Positions 54,729-63,934 of a stretch of 64,000 nt of DNA are shown one piece after another (the stretch's first letter is position 1; the number at the start of each line of letters is the position of its first letter). The position numbers were made by a program, and so were the translations under genes. Location of the stretch: the NCBI GenBank assembly GCA_037200965.1, contig JBBCGK010000001.1, forward strand, positions 544,001 to 608,000, given 5' to 3'. Source of the stretch: a bacterium. GTDB lineage: Bacteria; Patescibacteriota; Minisyncoccia; Phycocordibacterales; Phycocordibacteraceae. The notes below the pieces were generated by a model. It had not been told where the DNA came from and did not search any database. It saw nothing but the letters and a program-made list of their open reading frames with translations.

Positions 54729-55268
54729 AAATCTGGAAGACCAGCACCTTAAGAAACCTGTATATTTGATTGATCAAGTTATAAAACAGAGAACCACCTT
54801 GCAGAAGCCGGCCTTAAACAAGGCGATTCTCTGCATGGTGGTCGATTATGCGGCATCGTCACCTCCTGTTGTCGTTGCCGGGACAGTCGTTGTCGTGCGA
54901 GCAATTTTGCACAGCCAGTCGAGCATGGCCCGGCGAGCCTTACCATTTGTCTGGGTCCGAAAATACACATACACGTGGCCTGCGTGAGAGGTACCGTGGA
55001 TACCGAAATAGTCGTCCGCGATGCCTAACCGCTTCGCCATTTCTTTTGCAGACCTCTGGGAAAAGGACTCAAACTCTTCCTCGGATGTGCGGGGGCGAAG
55101 AAGAAAACGGGCAACTGTTACCGCGGACCCAAGGCTTATTCTTGCCGTGAATGTCCAGGTCACTCCTGATGCTCTACGCATTGTTGGCACCCTCCTTAAC
55201 GATGCCGCTGATAAATGTATACCTGAAATACGTAAAAGCAACCGGCCGGGAACGTGTAAGATAAAGAA

Positions 55269-56060
55269 ATGAAGATCGTCTCGTGGAACGTGAACGGTAT
55301 ACGTGCGGTGCACCGGAAAGGCGTCTTTCTCCCTTTCATTGAGGAAATAAAACCCGACATCCTCTGCCTCCAGGAAACGAAAGCTCAGGAACACCAGTCG
55401 GAGATAGATCTGCCGGGCTATACGGAATACTGGAACTCCGCGAAGAAGGCCGGGTACAGCGGTACGGCCATCTTCTCGAAAGAAGAAGCGCTCGACATAC
55501 GGCTTGGTCTTCCCGAGGATCTCGTGGCGAAATACGGTCTTGCGGACGACTCCTACGGTGACCCTAATACCGAAGGAAGGGTTATTACGGCCGAATACCA
55601 AAAATTCTTCGTAATCTCCGCGTATACGCCGAACTCAAAGCCCGACTTAAGCAGGCTCGGCCTCAGGCATACGCAATGGGACCCAGCGTTTCTTGAGTAC
55701 TGCAAGTGGCTTGAGGAGGAGAAGCCGGTTATATTCTGCGGCGATCTCAATGTGGCCCATACGCCGGACGACCTCGCCCATCCCACGGAGCATGAAGGCG
55801 GGCACGGCTACACTAAGGAGGAACGCGAAGGGATCGACCAGATCATAGCGGCTGGCTTTATTGACACTTTCCGTTTATTTACCAAGGGCAACGGACACTA
55901 CTCCTGGTGGAACCATTGGAACTTCGCCCGGGAGCGCAACATAGGTTGGCGAATCGATTATATATTCGTATCAAAATCTCTTGCGCCGCTTATTAAAGAG
56001 GCGGCGATACATCCGGAAATCCTGGGCTCCGACCACTGCCCTGTTTCAATAACGATCTAA
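55269..56060 (+). CDS. xth: Exodeoxyribonuclease III
   Basis: MKIVSWNVNGIRA, LQETK, catalytic DHCPV C-terminus; 263 aa. Confidence 0.9.
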   Translation: MKIVSWNVNGIRAVHRKGVFLPFIEEIKPDILCLQETKAQEHQSEIDLPGYTEYWNSAKKAGYSGTAIFSKEEALDIRLGLPEDLVAKYGLADDSYGDPNTEGRVITAEYQKFFVISAYTPNSKPDLSRLGLRHTQWDPAFLEYCKWLEEEKPVIFCGDLNVAHTPDDLAHPTEHEGGHGYTKEEREGIDQIIAAGFIDTFRLFTKGNGHYSWWNHWNFARERNIGWRIDYIFVSKSLAPLIKEAAIHPEILGSDHCPVSITI

Positions 56061-56424
56061 AGGACATAAAGGACACTTATCCCCTGCTTGCCTCTTTACT
56101 TCGTCCTTTACAAGAGTATCCTTACCTTCGGGCAGTTGTACCGTTGATCGCTCTTTAGCTCTTTGTGCGAGCAAACATCAATCAGTGAGCGCCAAAGCAC
56201 GAGACAGCCAGCCTCCGCCAGGGACGAATCCCTTACGTACTCAGGGCTTGGCCAGTTGCACGTGAAAAGACGCCCAGTTCAAGGCAATCTCTCGAAAGCC
56301 GCCAGAAACCCAGTCTCTTATAGTGAAGGACCATCAGTTCTCCCCCGTTCCCCCATTTGTGGTCCCCACTCCTTCGGGTTACAGGCGGCTTTCTCTTTTC
56401 CGTACTGTTTCCCGTGTAACTGAT

Positions 56425-57894
56425 TTAACAAACGTGGTGTCTCTCGAGGATCTTCTGTAGTTCCGCCTCTTCCTCCGCTTCCCTCCTCTTCATGCCTGCG
56501 TCTCCGAGCTCTTTAAGTGCTTTGTCGCTAAGAGTGCTGAACTCTGCTATCTTCCCGTCCAAATACTCCAAGGAGTTCTTTTTTGGGTCCTCAAGCACCT
56601 CTTCAAGAAGTGCGTGAAGCATCCAACCTATCCTTGGCCCCGGTTGCACGTGTAACACTTCCATGATCCTCCTGCCGTCAGTTTTTAGCATAGCTACGGA
56701 TATAGGGTCCCTGAGGGCTTCGTCCACCATCGCTTTGTATTTACGGAAACGGAACGGCTGCTCCTTGGGCCTTCCGGTGCCTATACGGTCGCATATGCGC
56801 AGATTGAGCAAGTCCATGATGTTTTCCTGCCCCACGTTCCGAATCATTCTCCGTACGGCCGAGAGGGTTATCTGATCAGGGTCGGAGAAGAACATGTGCC
56901 AACGGACCAGTTTGGTGACCTTTTCGATGGTTTCACGTGGAAACTTAAGATCTTCAAGGGCCTTTTGTGTTACACGTGAACCAACCACCTCGTGTCCATG
57001 GAAGGTCCAGTCCTGCTTTTCCTCTGACCATCGACGGGTTTCCGGCTTAGATACGTCGTGGAACAGGGCAGCAAGGCGTATATCGAATTCCCAGCCCTTG
57101 TCTGCAGCGTGCTGCATGCTCCTCATCAGGTGGCCAAACACGTCATAGCTGTGTGCCTGGTTCTGGTCGATCCCTATACCGCGGGTTAAGTCGTGGGCGA
57201 TATAACTAAGTATTCCAAGCTGCTGTGCCAGCACAAGGGCCATCATGGGCTGGTCGGACTCAAGAATGCGGGTGAGCTCATCGCGTATGCGCTCCTTTGA
57301 AATATGCTGCAGGTTTGGGGCCTTTGCCTGGATAGCTGCAGCGGCATCGCCATCAAGTGCGAAACCTAGCTCCGCCACGAGCCGCACCGCACGCATAAGG
57401 CGCAAGGCGTCCTCTTCGAAGCGTAGAGCCGCCTCCCCCACCGTTCTGAGCACTTTGTCCTTTATGTCCTTTTGACCGCCGTACGGGTCAATTAGATGTC
57501 CTTTAGACTCATCAAGGGCTATGGCGTTGATCGTGAAATCGCGGCGCGCGAGGTCTTCGGTAAGGCTTTGGCCGAATTCGACCTTATCCGGCCGTCGTTT
57601 GTCGGTATAGGAGGATTCGGTGCGGTAGGGTGTAACCTCGATCACTTTAAGGCTCTCCTCGTCCGTTTCACGTAGAACACCAACGGTTCCAAAGTCGTTG
57701 GTGTAGTAGGAATCGGGGAATATACGCTGTATATCCTCAGGTTTTGCGTTGGTAGTGACATCCCAATCTTTCGGCTTACGGCCTATAAGAAGATCGCGTA
57801 CGCATCCGCCGACAAGATATGCTTCGAACCCTTCCTTGCGGAGTATTTCGGAAACCGAGGAAACTTCTTTTGAAATAGAGAAGTGCATAATCAA
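56425..57894 (-). CDS. cca: CCA-adding tRNA nucleotidyltransferase with HD domain
   Basis: Pol-beta NT motif GGCVRDLLIGRKPKDWDVTT; HD domain H...HD...D. Confidence 0.85.
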   Translation of the reverse strand: MIMHFSISKEVSSVSEILRKEGFEAYLVGGCVRDLLIGRKPKDWDVTTNAKPEDIQRIFPDSYYTNDFGTVGVLRETDEESLKVIEVTPYRTESSYTDKRRPDKVEFGQSLTEDLARRDFTINAIALDESKGHLIDPYGGQKDIKDKVLRTVGEAALRFEEDALRLMRAVRLVAELGFALDGDAAAAIQAKAPNLQHISKERIRDELTRILESDQPMMALVLAQQLGILSYIAHDLTRGIGIDQNQAHSYDVFGHLMRSMQHAADKGWEFDIRLAALFHDVSKPETRRWSEEKQDWTFHGHEVVGSRVTQKALEDLKFPRETIEKVTKLVRWHMFFSDPDQITLSAVRRMIRNVGQENIMDLLNLRICDRIGTGRPKEQPFRFRKYKAMVDEALRDPISVAMLKTDGRRIMEVLHVQPGPRIGWMLHALLEEVLEDPKKNSLEYLDGKIAEFSTLSDKALKELGDAGMKRREAEEEAELQKILERHHVC

Positions 57895-57955
57895 TAAAAT
57901 AGTAGCCCGCGATTAGGCTTTCTCCTAGCCGTGTCTTAGTATCAAAGAGTTCAAT

Positions 57956-58027
57956 GCCCCTGTGGTGAAATGGATATCATTACAGACTTCGAATCTGTCG
58001 TTCCAAGTTCGAATCTTGGCGGGGGCA
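57956..58027 (+). tRNA. tRNA-Arg (anticodon TCG)
   Basis: Hand-folded: acceptor GCCCCTG/CGGGGGC, anticodon stem ACAGA/TCTGT loop CTTCGAA, T-arm CCAAG-TTCGAAT-CTTGG, discriminator A; 72 nt. Confidence 0.85.
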
Positions 58028-58036
58028 CAAAAAGAA

Positions 58037-58059
58037 GCAGGCGGCTCTGGGCCGCCTGC
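58037..58059. terminator. Bidirectional hairpin terminator between tRNA-Arg and convergent gene
   Basis: GCAGGCGGC-TCTGG-GCCGCCTGC. Confidence 0.5.
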
Positions 58060-58078
58060 GGGGAAGTTGGTGTAGGGC

Positions 58079-58438
58079 TTATTGTGGTCTCCGGACCAGC
58101 TCGCCCTTCTTGTTGATGTGAAGCTCCGCGATCAGAACTTCGGCGCGGTCGAGAGCCGCATTGATTGCCGACCGGGGATTCGGATGCTTCCCGCTTGCGA
58201 GCTCCTCGTCGGCGTAGCTGTACACGCCTTTGGCGAATTCGAGCGTACCCCGAACCACGCCGTCCGGGGTTTCCGGAGCCGCGGTAACGAGCTTCAGGGC
58301 CGCGAGCTCACCGCGGATTCCGGCGGGAAGGTCCGGCCACTTTCCGTCGATGACCTCTTGATCGAGATCCTCGATGCATCCTTCAAAGAGCTCGTGGGCG
58401 CCGTTCCTGGCGCGCTGGGCAAAACCTGATGGGGGCAT
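58079..58438 (-). CDS. hypothetical protein (119 aa)
   Basis: ORF; no motif. Confidence 0.3.
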   Translation of the reverse strand: MPPSGFAQRARNGAHELFEGCIEDLDQEVIDGKWPDLPAGIRGELAALKLVTAAPETPDGVVRGTLEFAKGVYSYADEELASGKHPNPRSAINAALDRAEVLIAELHINKKGELVRRPQ

Positions 58439-58570
58439 GGTCTTCTCCTGTTTCCGTTAGACCTTCTCGGTCCGAGGTTGAGATTACTAAGTATGATTTT
58501 ATAATGCGATTATACTGGCGCTTTTTATATACTTTTGTACTTTTAGTTCAAATAGAGTATCCTCTCGATA

Positions 58571-59374
58571 GTGATATTCAGCCGCACGGAAGACCTCGAA
58601 GACCGTATCATCGAACTCCTCCTTGAGGGTCGTTTGAGTATCAAATCGATGCACGCCCGGCTGGTCTTTCCTGAGAAATCGCTCTCGCTTCGCGCTATTT
58701 ATAAAGCGACGGACAAACTCATCGCGGCGGGCGTGCTCATTAAAACCGGGAAGCGGCTGATGGTGGACGAAGAATGGGCGCGAAGGGTAGGGGAGCGACT
58801 TCGTCCTGTCCCGGTCGCGGCGCCCTCAGTCGGGGAGAAATTTTCCCATACCTTTACATCGATCGAACACCTCGATGCCTTCTGGAAGACAGTGGTCCTC
58901 CCTATTGAGGAATCGGTTCCGAACCCCGAAGTCTTCTTCTACAACCCGCACGATTTCTGGGCATATATGCCCGAGCGCAAGGAAAGCGAGGAGGCGTATT
59001 ATCGGCATTTCGCTAAGGTGGGGCGCCACGGCTTTTTTATCGTAGGAGGGGAGTCTGAGGCGGACAAGGAATTTAAGCGGGAATACCAAGGCGAATACCT
59101 TCAAATAGATACAAGAAATATCCTATCCCTTCGCCGAAGTGACCATGTGACCGTTATAGGCTCTCTTATCGTCACGGTACGGCTCCCTAAGGTATCAGCG
59201 ACGCGGATCGATAAGCTCTATGAATCGAACAGGCCGATAAAGGACACACTTCCCGAGCTTCTCCCCATCTGTCGGGCGTTGGGGAAGATTCGCTTCACCC
59301 TTGAAAACGACCCCTTGAAGGCAAAGAAGCTCAGAAAGCTTCTTGCGAGGAACTTCTATTTTCCGAAAACGTAG
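58571..59374 (+). CDS. winged-HTH protein, paralogue of 44985..45788
   Basis: Same 267-aa length and shared FW...VVL...PHDFW central block. Confidence 0.4.
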   Translation: MIFSRTEDLEDRIIELLLEGRLSIKSMHARLVFPEKSLSLRAIYKATDKLIAAGVLIKTGKRLMVDEEWARRVGERLRPVPVAAPSVGEKFSHTFTSIEHLDAFWKTVVLPIEESVPNPEVFFYNPHDFWAYMPERKESEEAYYRHFAKVGRHGFFIVGGESEADKEFKREYQGEYLQIDTRNILSLRRSDHVTVIGSLIVTVRLPKVSATRIDKLYESNRPIKDTLPELLPICRALGKIRFTLENDPLKAKKLRKLLARNFYFPKT

Positions 59375-59426
59375 CGGCTGTTAACAATCTTGCGTCATAA
59401 CCGTACTCTCGTCGTAGAGTATATAT

Positions 59427-60128
59427 ATGCGAAAGGATAAAGACAAAGCTTTTGAATTACGCAGGAATGGAAAGAGCTACAGAGAAATCAGGGGCGCCCT
59501 TAAGGTACCAATAAGCACCCTTTCTGGCTGGTTCAGTGAAATTGGATGGTCTAAGAAGATGGCCAGAGATTTAGCAGCAAAGGCCCAGATACAGCACACG
59601 GCCAGGATAATCGAACTCGACAGGATTCGGGGCGTTCATCTGGCTCGGATATACGAGGAAGCGAAGGAAGAAGCCCGGACAGACCTTGAGATTCTCAAAT
59701 ACAACCCCCTCTTTATAGCCGGGCTCATGCTCTATTGGGGCGAAGGAGACAAGACGACGAAAAGTCAGGTGCGGCTCGCGAATACCGACCCGGAATTAAT
59801 CAGACTCTTTGTCGTCTTCTTGAAGAACGTATGCAATATACCCGAGGAGAAAGTGTGGGTCTCCATCCTCACTTATCCGGATATAGACGATGAGGCGAAT
59901 CGGCGTTATTGGTCCCAAGCATCCGGGGTCCCGCTCGATAAGTTCCTCAAAAGCATCCTTATACAGGGCCGCCATAAGACGAAGCGTCTCGGACACGGCG
60001 TCTGCAGCATCTTCGTCTCAAGTACGTACCTGAAGGTGAAGATGATCGAGTGGCTGCGGTTGTTACCGCAGGAATTGATGAACTTGCAATATTATGAGAA
60101 TATAAAGCCCGAGGCGGACATGGTTTAG
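59427..60128 (+). CDS. HTH + LAGLIDADG-like homing-endonuclease-family protein
   Basis: N-terminal HTH KSYREIRGALKVPISTLSGWF; single LAGLIDADG-like motif LFIAGLMLYWGEGDK followed by beta-rich core; last 15 nt overlap tRNA-Gly(GCC). Confidence 0.4.
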   Translation: MRKDKDKAFELRRNGKSYREIRGALKVPISTLSGWFSEIGWSKKMARDLAAKAQIQHTARIIELDRIRGVHLARIYEEAKEEARTDLEILKYNPLFIAGLMLYWGEGDKTTKSQVRLANTDPELIRLFVVFLKNVCNIPEEKVWVSILTYPDIDDEANRRYWSQASGVPLDKFLKSILIQGRHKTKRLGHGVCSIFVSSTYLKVKMIEWLRLLPQELMNLQYYENIKPEADMV

Positions 60129-60184
60129 TGGTAAAACAGGATCTTGCCAAGATTCAGTCGGGGGTTCGATTCCCCCTGTCCGCA
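60114..60184 (+). tRNA. tRNA-Gly (anticodon GCC), CCA encoded (to 60187)
   Basis: Acceptor GCGGACA/TGTCCGC, anticodon stem GGATC/GATTC loop TTGCCAA, T-arm GGGGG-TTCGATT-CCCCC. Confidence 0.9.
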
Positions 60185-60197
60185 CCAGCTTCTTGAA

Positions 60198-60231
60198 GCG
60201 CAAAAACGGCCTTGAATGGCCGTTTTTGCGC
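60198..60231 (+). terminator. Intrinsic terminator after tRNA-Gly(GCC)
   Basis: GCGCAAAAACGGCC-TTGAAT-GGCCGTTTTTGCGC, 14-bp perfect stem plus T-tract. Confidence 0.6.
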
Positions 60232-60396
60232 TTCGGACAAAAGTGGATAAAGGTGTTAATACTGGGGATAAAGGACAATATTTGACGCTCTGTCCACCGC
60301 GATGGTCTGTAGAATTGCAAGCAAATAGGCCCTCATTCTTAAAGCCGTGAGGTCCTCTCGGAAAATGAAGAAAGGACATAAAGGTTTTAGGCGACC

Positions 60397-60434
60397 AAAA
60401 TGTAAAACACCCCTGACGGGGTGTTTTACATTTT
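60397..60434 (-). terminator. Intrinsic terminator downstream of tRNA-Pro (minus strand)
   Basis: AAAATGTAAAACACCCC-TGAC-GGGGTGTTTTACATTTT, 17-bp stem. Confidence 0.6.
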
Positions 60435-60436
60435 GG

Positions 60437-60507
60437 TCGGGGCGCCGGGAATCGAACCCGGTCATCTTGCTCCCAAAGCAAGCGTACTACCGGTATACGA
60501 CGCCCCG
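60437..60507 (-). tRNA. tRNA-Pro (anticodon TGG), CCA encoded
   Basis: C1:G72 acceptor pair typical of bacterial tRNA-Pro; anticodon stem CTTGC/GCAAG loop TTTGGGA (G37); T-arm CCGGG-TTCGATT-CCCGG. Confidence 0.85.
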
Positions 60508-60603
60508 AGTGCAAGCAGAGTAACACGGGCCCTTAACCCTTGCGACTTTTACATTCTCCGATCAGTGCGGAAAAGCCCCGTAAGTGGTATTCTCGGGAAC
60601 GAA

Positions 60604-60674
60604 GCGGGATTAGTTTAATGGTAGAACATCAGTTTTCCAAACTGATGGCGGGAGTTCGATTCTCCCATCCCGCA
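60604..60674 (+). tRNA. tRNA-Gly (anticodon TCC)
   Basis: Acceptor GCGGGAT/ATCCCGC, anticodon stem TCAGT/ACTGA loop TTTCCAA, T-arm GGGAG-TTCGATT-CTCCC. Confidence 0.9.
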
Positions 60675-60810
60675 CAGCGGTCAGAGACCCGTTTTTCGTC
60701 TGCGAGGCCTCGAAAATAGTTCGCAACCGCGAGGCCTGCCCGGTCGAGCTTTAGTGTTCCGCATCCGTTCCGTCTAAATTAAACCGACCCGGCAAGCTAT
60801 ACTTACCTCT

Positions 60811-61347
60811 ATGTCCCACGAGGTCCCGAAACTCAATCAGAGCGAATCTAAGGAAAAGCCGCCTGTTCTGTACCATGGAACAGCGAACGGTGATATCAAG
60901 GAGTTTGAACCACGTTCCGCGGCAGAAAGACCCGATGAAGAACCGGCGGTGTATGCATCTCCTGATCGTGAGATCGCCATTCAATCAATGGCGAATAAAT
61001 TCGTGACAAACGGCGGTATCGTAAATGGGCGTAAATTCGTATGTATTCCCATGACCCGTGAAGAATTTATAGAACAGGATCACGGTGGCACGGTGTATAG
61101 CTTCCCCAGCGATTCCTTCGAAATAAATAAAGGAATCGGACTTGGCGATAAGGAATGGGTTTCTAGAACTACTGTTAAACCCCGTGGGTTAGAGCGGTTC
61201 CCTTCGCTATTAGCAGCAATGCTCAAACAAGGAACCGAGGTTTATTTTATTAAACCCGAAATGGTCTCGGTAATTAGTAAAGCTCAAGATAGTGACCCTG
61301 AAGAATTAGAGAGGCTTCTTGGGGGTCTTGAACGGGCAGAGTCTTGA
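60811..61347 (+). CDS. hypothetical protein (178 aa), low GC
   Basis: ORF adjacent to tRNA cluster and recombinase; no motif. Confidence 0.3.
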   Translation: MSHEVPKLNQSESKEKPPVLYHGTANGDIKEFEPRSAAERPDEEPAVYASPDREIAIQSMANKFVTNGGIVNGRKFVCIPMTREEFIEQDHGGTVYSFPSDSFEINKGIGLGDKEWVSRTTVKPRGLERFPSLLAAMLKQGTEVYFIKPEMVSVISKAQDSDPEELERLLGGLERAES

Positions 61348-61478
61348 ATCGCGTCCGACCCCATCATTTTGACCTTTCCCAAATTCGCCGTGGAGCCTCG
61401 CGGTGCCACACATGCTGTGGTTTTCATCCGTCCACGCCCGTTCACGCACAAAAGCCCGACATTCGTCGGGCTTTTGTG

Positions 61479-62804
61479 CTAGTCGGCCAGCGTGATGATT
61501 CGGTCGTTGAGAATAAGCCGATCTCTGAGGTGCTCCAGCAGCTCCCGCTTTTCCTCTCTCGTGCCGTTCTTCAGCAGATACTTGGCATACTTGCGTATGT
61601 CCATCTCCTTGGCCTCGATGGTTTCTTTGGTGCCCTCCACCTCCGCCCGCAGCTTGTTGTATCGGGACACCTCCCGCTCAATGAGGTGTCGCGCCCCGAT
61701 CTCGTCAAGGGAGATGCGGTCTATCATGGTGGCGAGCTGGTCGAGTACTTTCTCCTCCCGCAGATACGGGTTCTTGCACTGGGTATCCTTGGCCCGGGAG
61801 CAGGAATAATACACATAGGAGACGGGCTCGCCGGTACTCAATATCTTCTGCTTCTCCTGTGCCGTTATGCCGCTCCCGCAGTACCCGCACAGCAGGAGCT
61901 TGGTGAAGTTCCATTCTTTGAAGCGGTGCTTGGGGCGGTTCTCCTCGGCGATCTTTTCCTGCACGGCTTGGAAGAGTTCCTGGGTGATAAGCGGCGTATG
62001 TTTGCCGGTATACCAGTTTCCCGAGCCTCTCGGATACTCGAACACGCCGCAATAGAAGGGGTTCTTGAGCATTTTGTATAGCGTCGAGAGATTCATGCTC
62101 TTGCCGATGCGCGAGGCGAACTGCACATCCCTCTTCAGCCACCCGTGTACCTTGCGGCCGCTCCAGCGCTCGATCCCGACTTTCTCGAAGACCTGTTTAA
62201 TGATTGGCGCTCTAATAGGGTCCACCAATATCTCGCAGCGGTGATCCTTCCGAGAATCGTTGAGGTATCCCGTGGGCGCGATGCCGGGCCACAGGCCCAT
62301 CTCGGCCCTTGCACGTAGCCCGCGCTTCACATTGATGCGCTTGTTATCGTTCTCAAGCTTCGCTTGGCTCCCAAGAATCATCAGCAAGAACTTCTCGTTC
62401 GGGTTGTTGCCGAACCGCTGCCCATATGTGCGTATGTCCACCAAGTGCCTGCTATCCATTAAGTCCACGATGCGGCCGAGGTCGCCTGCGTTGCGACTGA
62501 TGCGGTCCGGTGCCCAGGTTAAGATGCCGTTGAACTTTCCAGCCCTCAATTCGTCTACGATTTCATTGAATACCGGTCGCGCTCCGGCCTCCTTGGCCGA
62601 GTGCGACTCTCGCTTCACCTCGACAATCTCCAATTTCTCTTTCTCTGCGAGCGCCAACATCTCCTTGACCTGGCTCTCGATGCTCAAAACTTGCTGCTCC
62701 TCGCTCTCTGTACTTTTCCTCGCATACAAGCAGTACCGCACCGCCTGTACCTCCACCAAGGGAGGAGCCGCCCCAAATCCGCCCTGAATCATTGCTGTTT
62801 CCAT
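61479..62804 (-). CDS. Large serine recombinase (resolvase catalytic domain + recombinase domain + Zn ribbon)
   Basis: Catalytic Ser block [31 protein letters not shown], recombinase domain, CGYCGSG...[12 protein letters not shown] zinc ribbon, C-terminal coiled coil. Confidence 0.8.
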   Translation of the reverse strand: METAMIQGGFGAAPPLVEVQAVRYCLYARKSTESEEQQVLSIESQVKEMLALAEKEKLEIVEVKRESHSAKEAGARPVFNEIVDELRAGKFNGILTWAPDRISRNAGDLGRIVDLMDSRHLVDIRTYGQRFGNNPNEKFLLMILGSQAKLENDNKRINVKRGLRARAEMGLWPGIAPTGYLNDSRKDHRCEILVDPIRAPIIKQVFEKVGIERWSGRKVHGWLKRDVQFASRIGKSMNLSTLYKMLKNPFYCGVFEYPRGSGNWYTGKHTPLITQELFQAVQEKIAEENRPKHRFKEWNFTKLLLCGYCGSGITAQEKQKILSTGEPVSYVYYSCSRAKDTQCKNPYLREEKVLDQLATMIDRISLDEIGARHLIEREVSRYNKLRAEVEGTKETIEAKEMDIRKYAKYLLKNGTREEKRELLEHLRDRLILNDRIITLAD

Positions 62805-62902
62805 ACATTTGCCGTTATTGCTAACGGGTCAATGGATGACGCAACCCCTCGTGGGTGTCCAGCGAGGGGTTGTTGGTATCTAATGCGGAATTTAGTACCT
62901 TG

Positions 62903-63934
62903 TTATTTTCTCTTCCCTGGTTTTCTCACAGGCTCGGCGTGAGGGAACTTCTCAAAGTGATCGATGACGGCTTCCTCTTTTGCAACTTGTTCTGACGCAG
63001 TACGTTTGCGCTCTTCATCCTCCTTCTCGCGGCGAGTCACCGCTTCGCGCTCCTCATCTTCCCGAATACGTTCACGCTCCTTCGCCTCGATTTCCCCAAG
63101 AACCTCGGTTGCGATTTTAAGCTCGTGTTCGTCGCCAAATTTTCGTATGTGCTCAAGCGCATCCTGGGCATACTGCTCATCCAGTAAACTTAGATATAGA
63201 CGGAATTTCGCGGGATATTCTCGCAGGGAGGACTCAACTTCTTCGGCAGAGTAGAATTGGTCACCCAAGCGGTATTCACTCGGATGTTCGCGAATAAACG
63301 CCGCGACCTCTTCGATTCTTGCCTTCGGAATAAGAACACCCGAAGCGACCAGCCCGATTTCGTGGTATGTGCTGCCGTCCTGGAAATTCGCAGTCGGGAG
63401 ATCTAATGCTTTTGCGAGCGCCTCCTCTCGATCTTGGCGAATAGGGCCGTCCCTGCGAGGCAGAGCGGGGCGACGGCTCCATCCATCGCCGATGCTCTTA
63501 TCAAGAAAATCAAAAACAAGAAGCGCGTTTTCACCCAAGATCCCGCCGTCCTCATGTTCGGATGGAAAGAATCTATCGCGATTTTGCATGAGCCTTCCGT
63601 CAGGCAGGTCCTCACTGGATATGATCGTGAATTCTGGGAGGCCAAGCTCTTCGAGACTTCCTTCCTGCCGTAACAGGTCTATGAGAACATCGTGGTCACT
63701 TTTGCCTAAGTCCTTGCCGAGCGCATTTAACTCAAGATGTGTATTGTGCCGCTCAGAGTCTATGAGTTCCGCTTCCGTTTTCACTTCTGGGTCGGTGAGA
63801 GCGTGCGCGTTCTGCTTGCGAAATCGCTTAAGCTCCTTGAACTTGTCTTGATACGAACGAACAAGACGGCCATACTTTTTCTGAGCGGTTTCCTGTGATT
63901 CGGGCCGTGGGCCAGCACCTTCAAATCCGGACAT
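62903..63934 (-). CDS. hypothetical protein (343 aa), charged coiled-coil C-terminus
   Basis: ORF downstream of the serine recombinase on the same strand; no motif. Confidence 0.3.
   Translation of the reverse strand: MSGFEGAGPRPESQETAQKKYGRLVRSYQDKFKELKRFRKQNAHALTDPEVKTEAELIDSERHNTHLELNALGKDLGKSDHDVLIDLLRQEGSLEELGLPEFTIISSEDLPDGRLMQNRDRFFPSEHEDGGILGENALLVFDFLDKSIGDGWSRRPALPRRDGPIRQDREEALAKALDLPTANFQDGSTYHEIGLVASGVLIPKARIEEVAAFIREHPSEYRLGDQFYSAEEVESSLREYPAKFRLYLSLLDEQYAQDALEHIRKFGDEHELKIATEVLGEIEAKERERIREDEEREAVTRREKEDEERKRTASEQVAKEEAVIDHFEKFPHAEPVRKPGKRK

Noticed and set aside
56163-56423. 86-aa plus-strand ORF in the xth-cca spacer
   Set aside because: Translation is Ser/Pro/Cys-rich without a start context; the region is better explained as structured non-coding RNA or UTR.
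56061-56424. RNase P RNA, tmRNA or SRP RNA assignment for the spacer
   Set aside because: Universal CR-I (GGAAAGUCCGG), tmRNA tRNA-like ends and the SRP helix-8 GGAAG motif are not found on either strand by eye. Only a loose CR-IV-like string is present.
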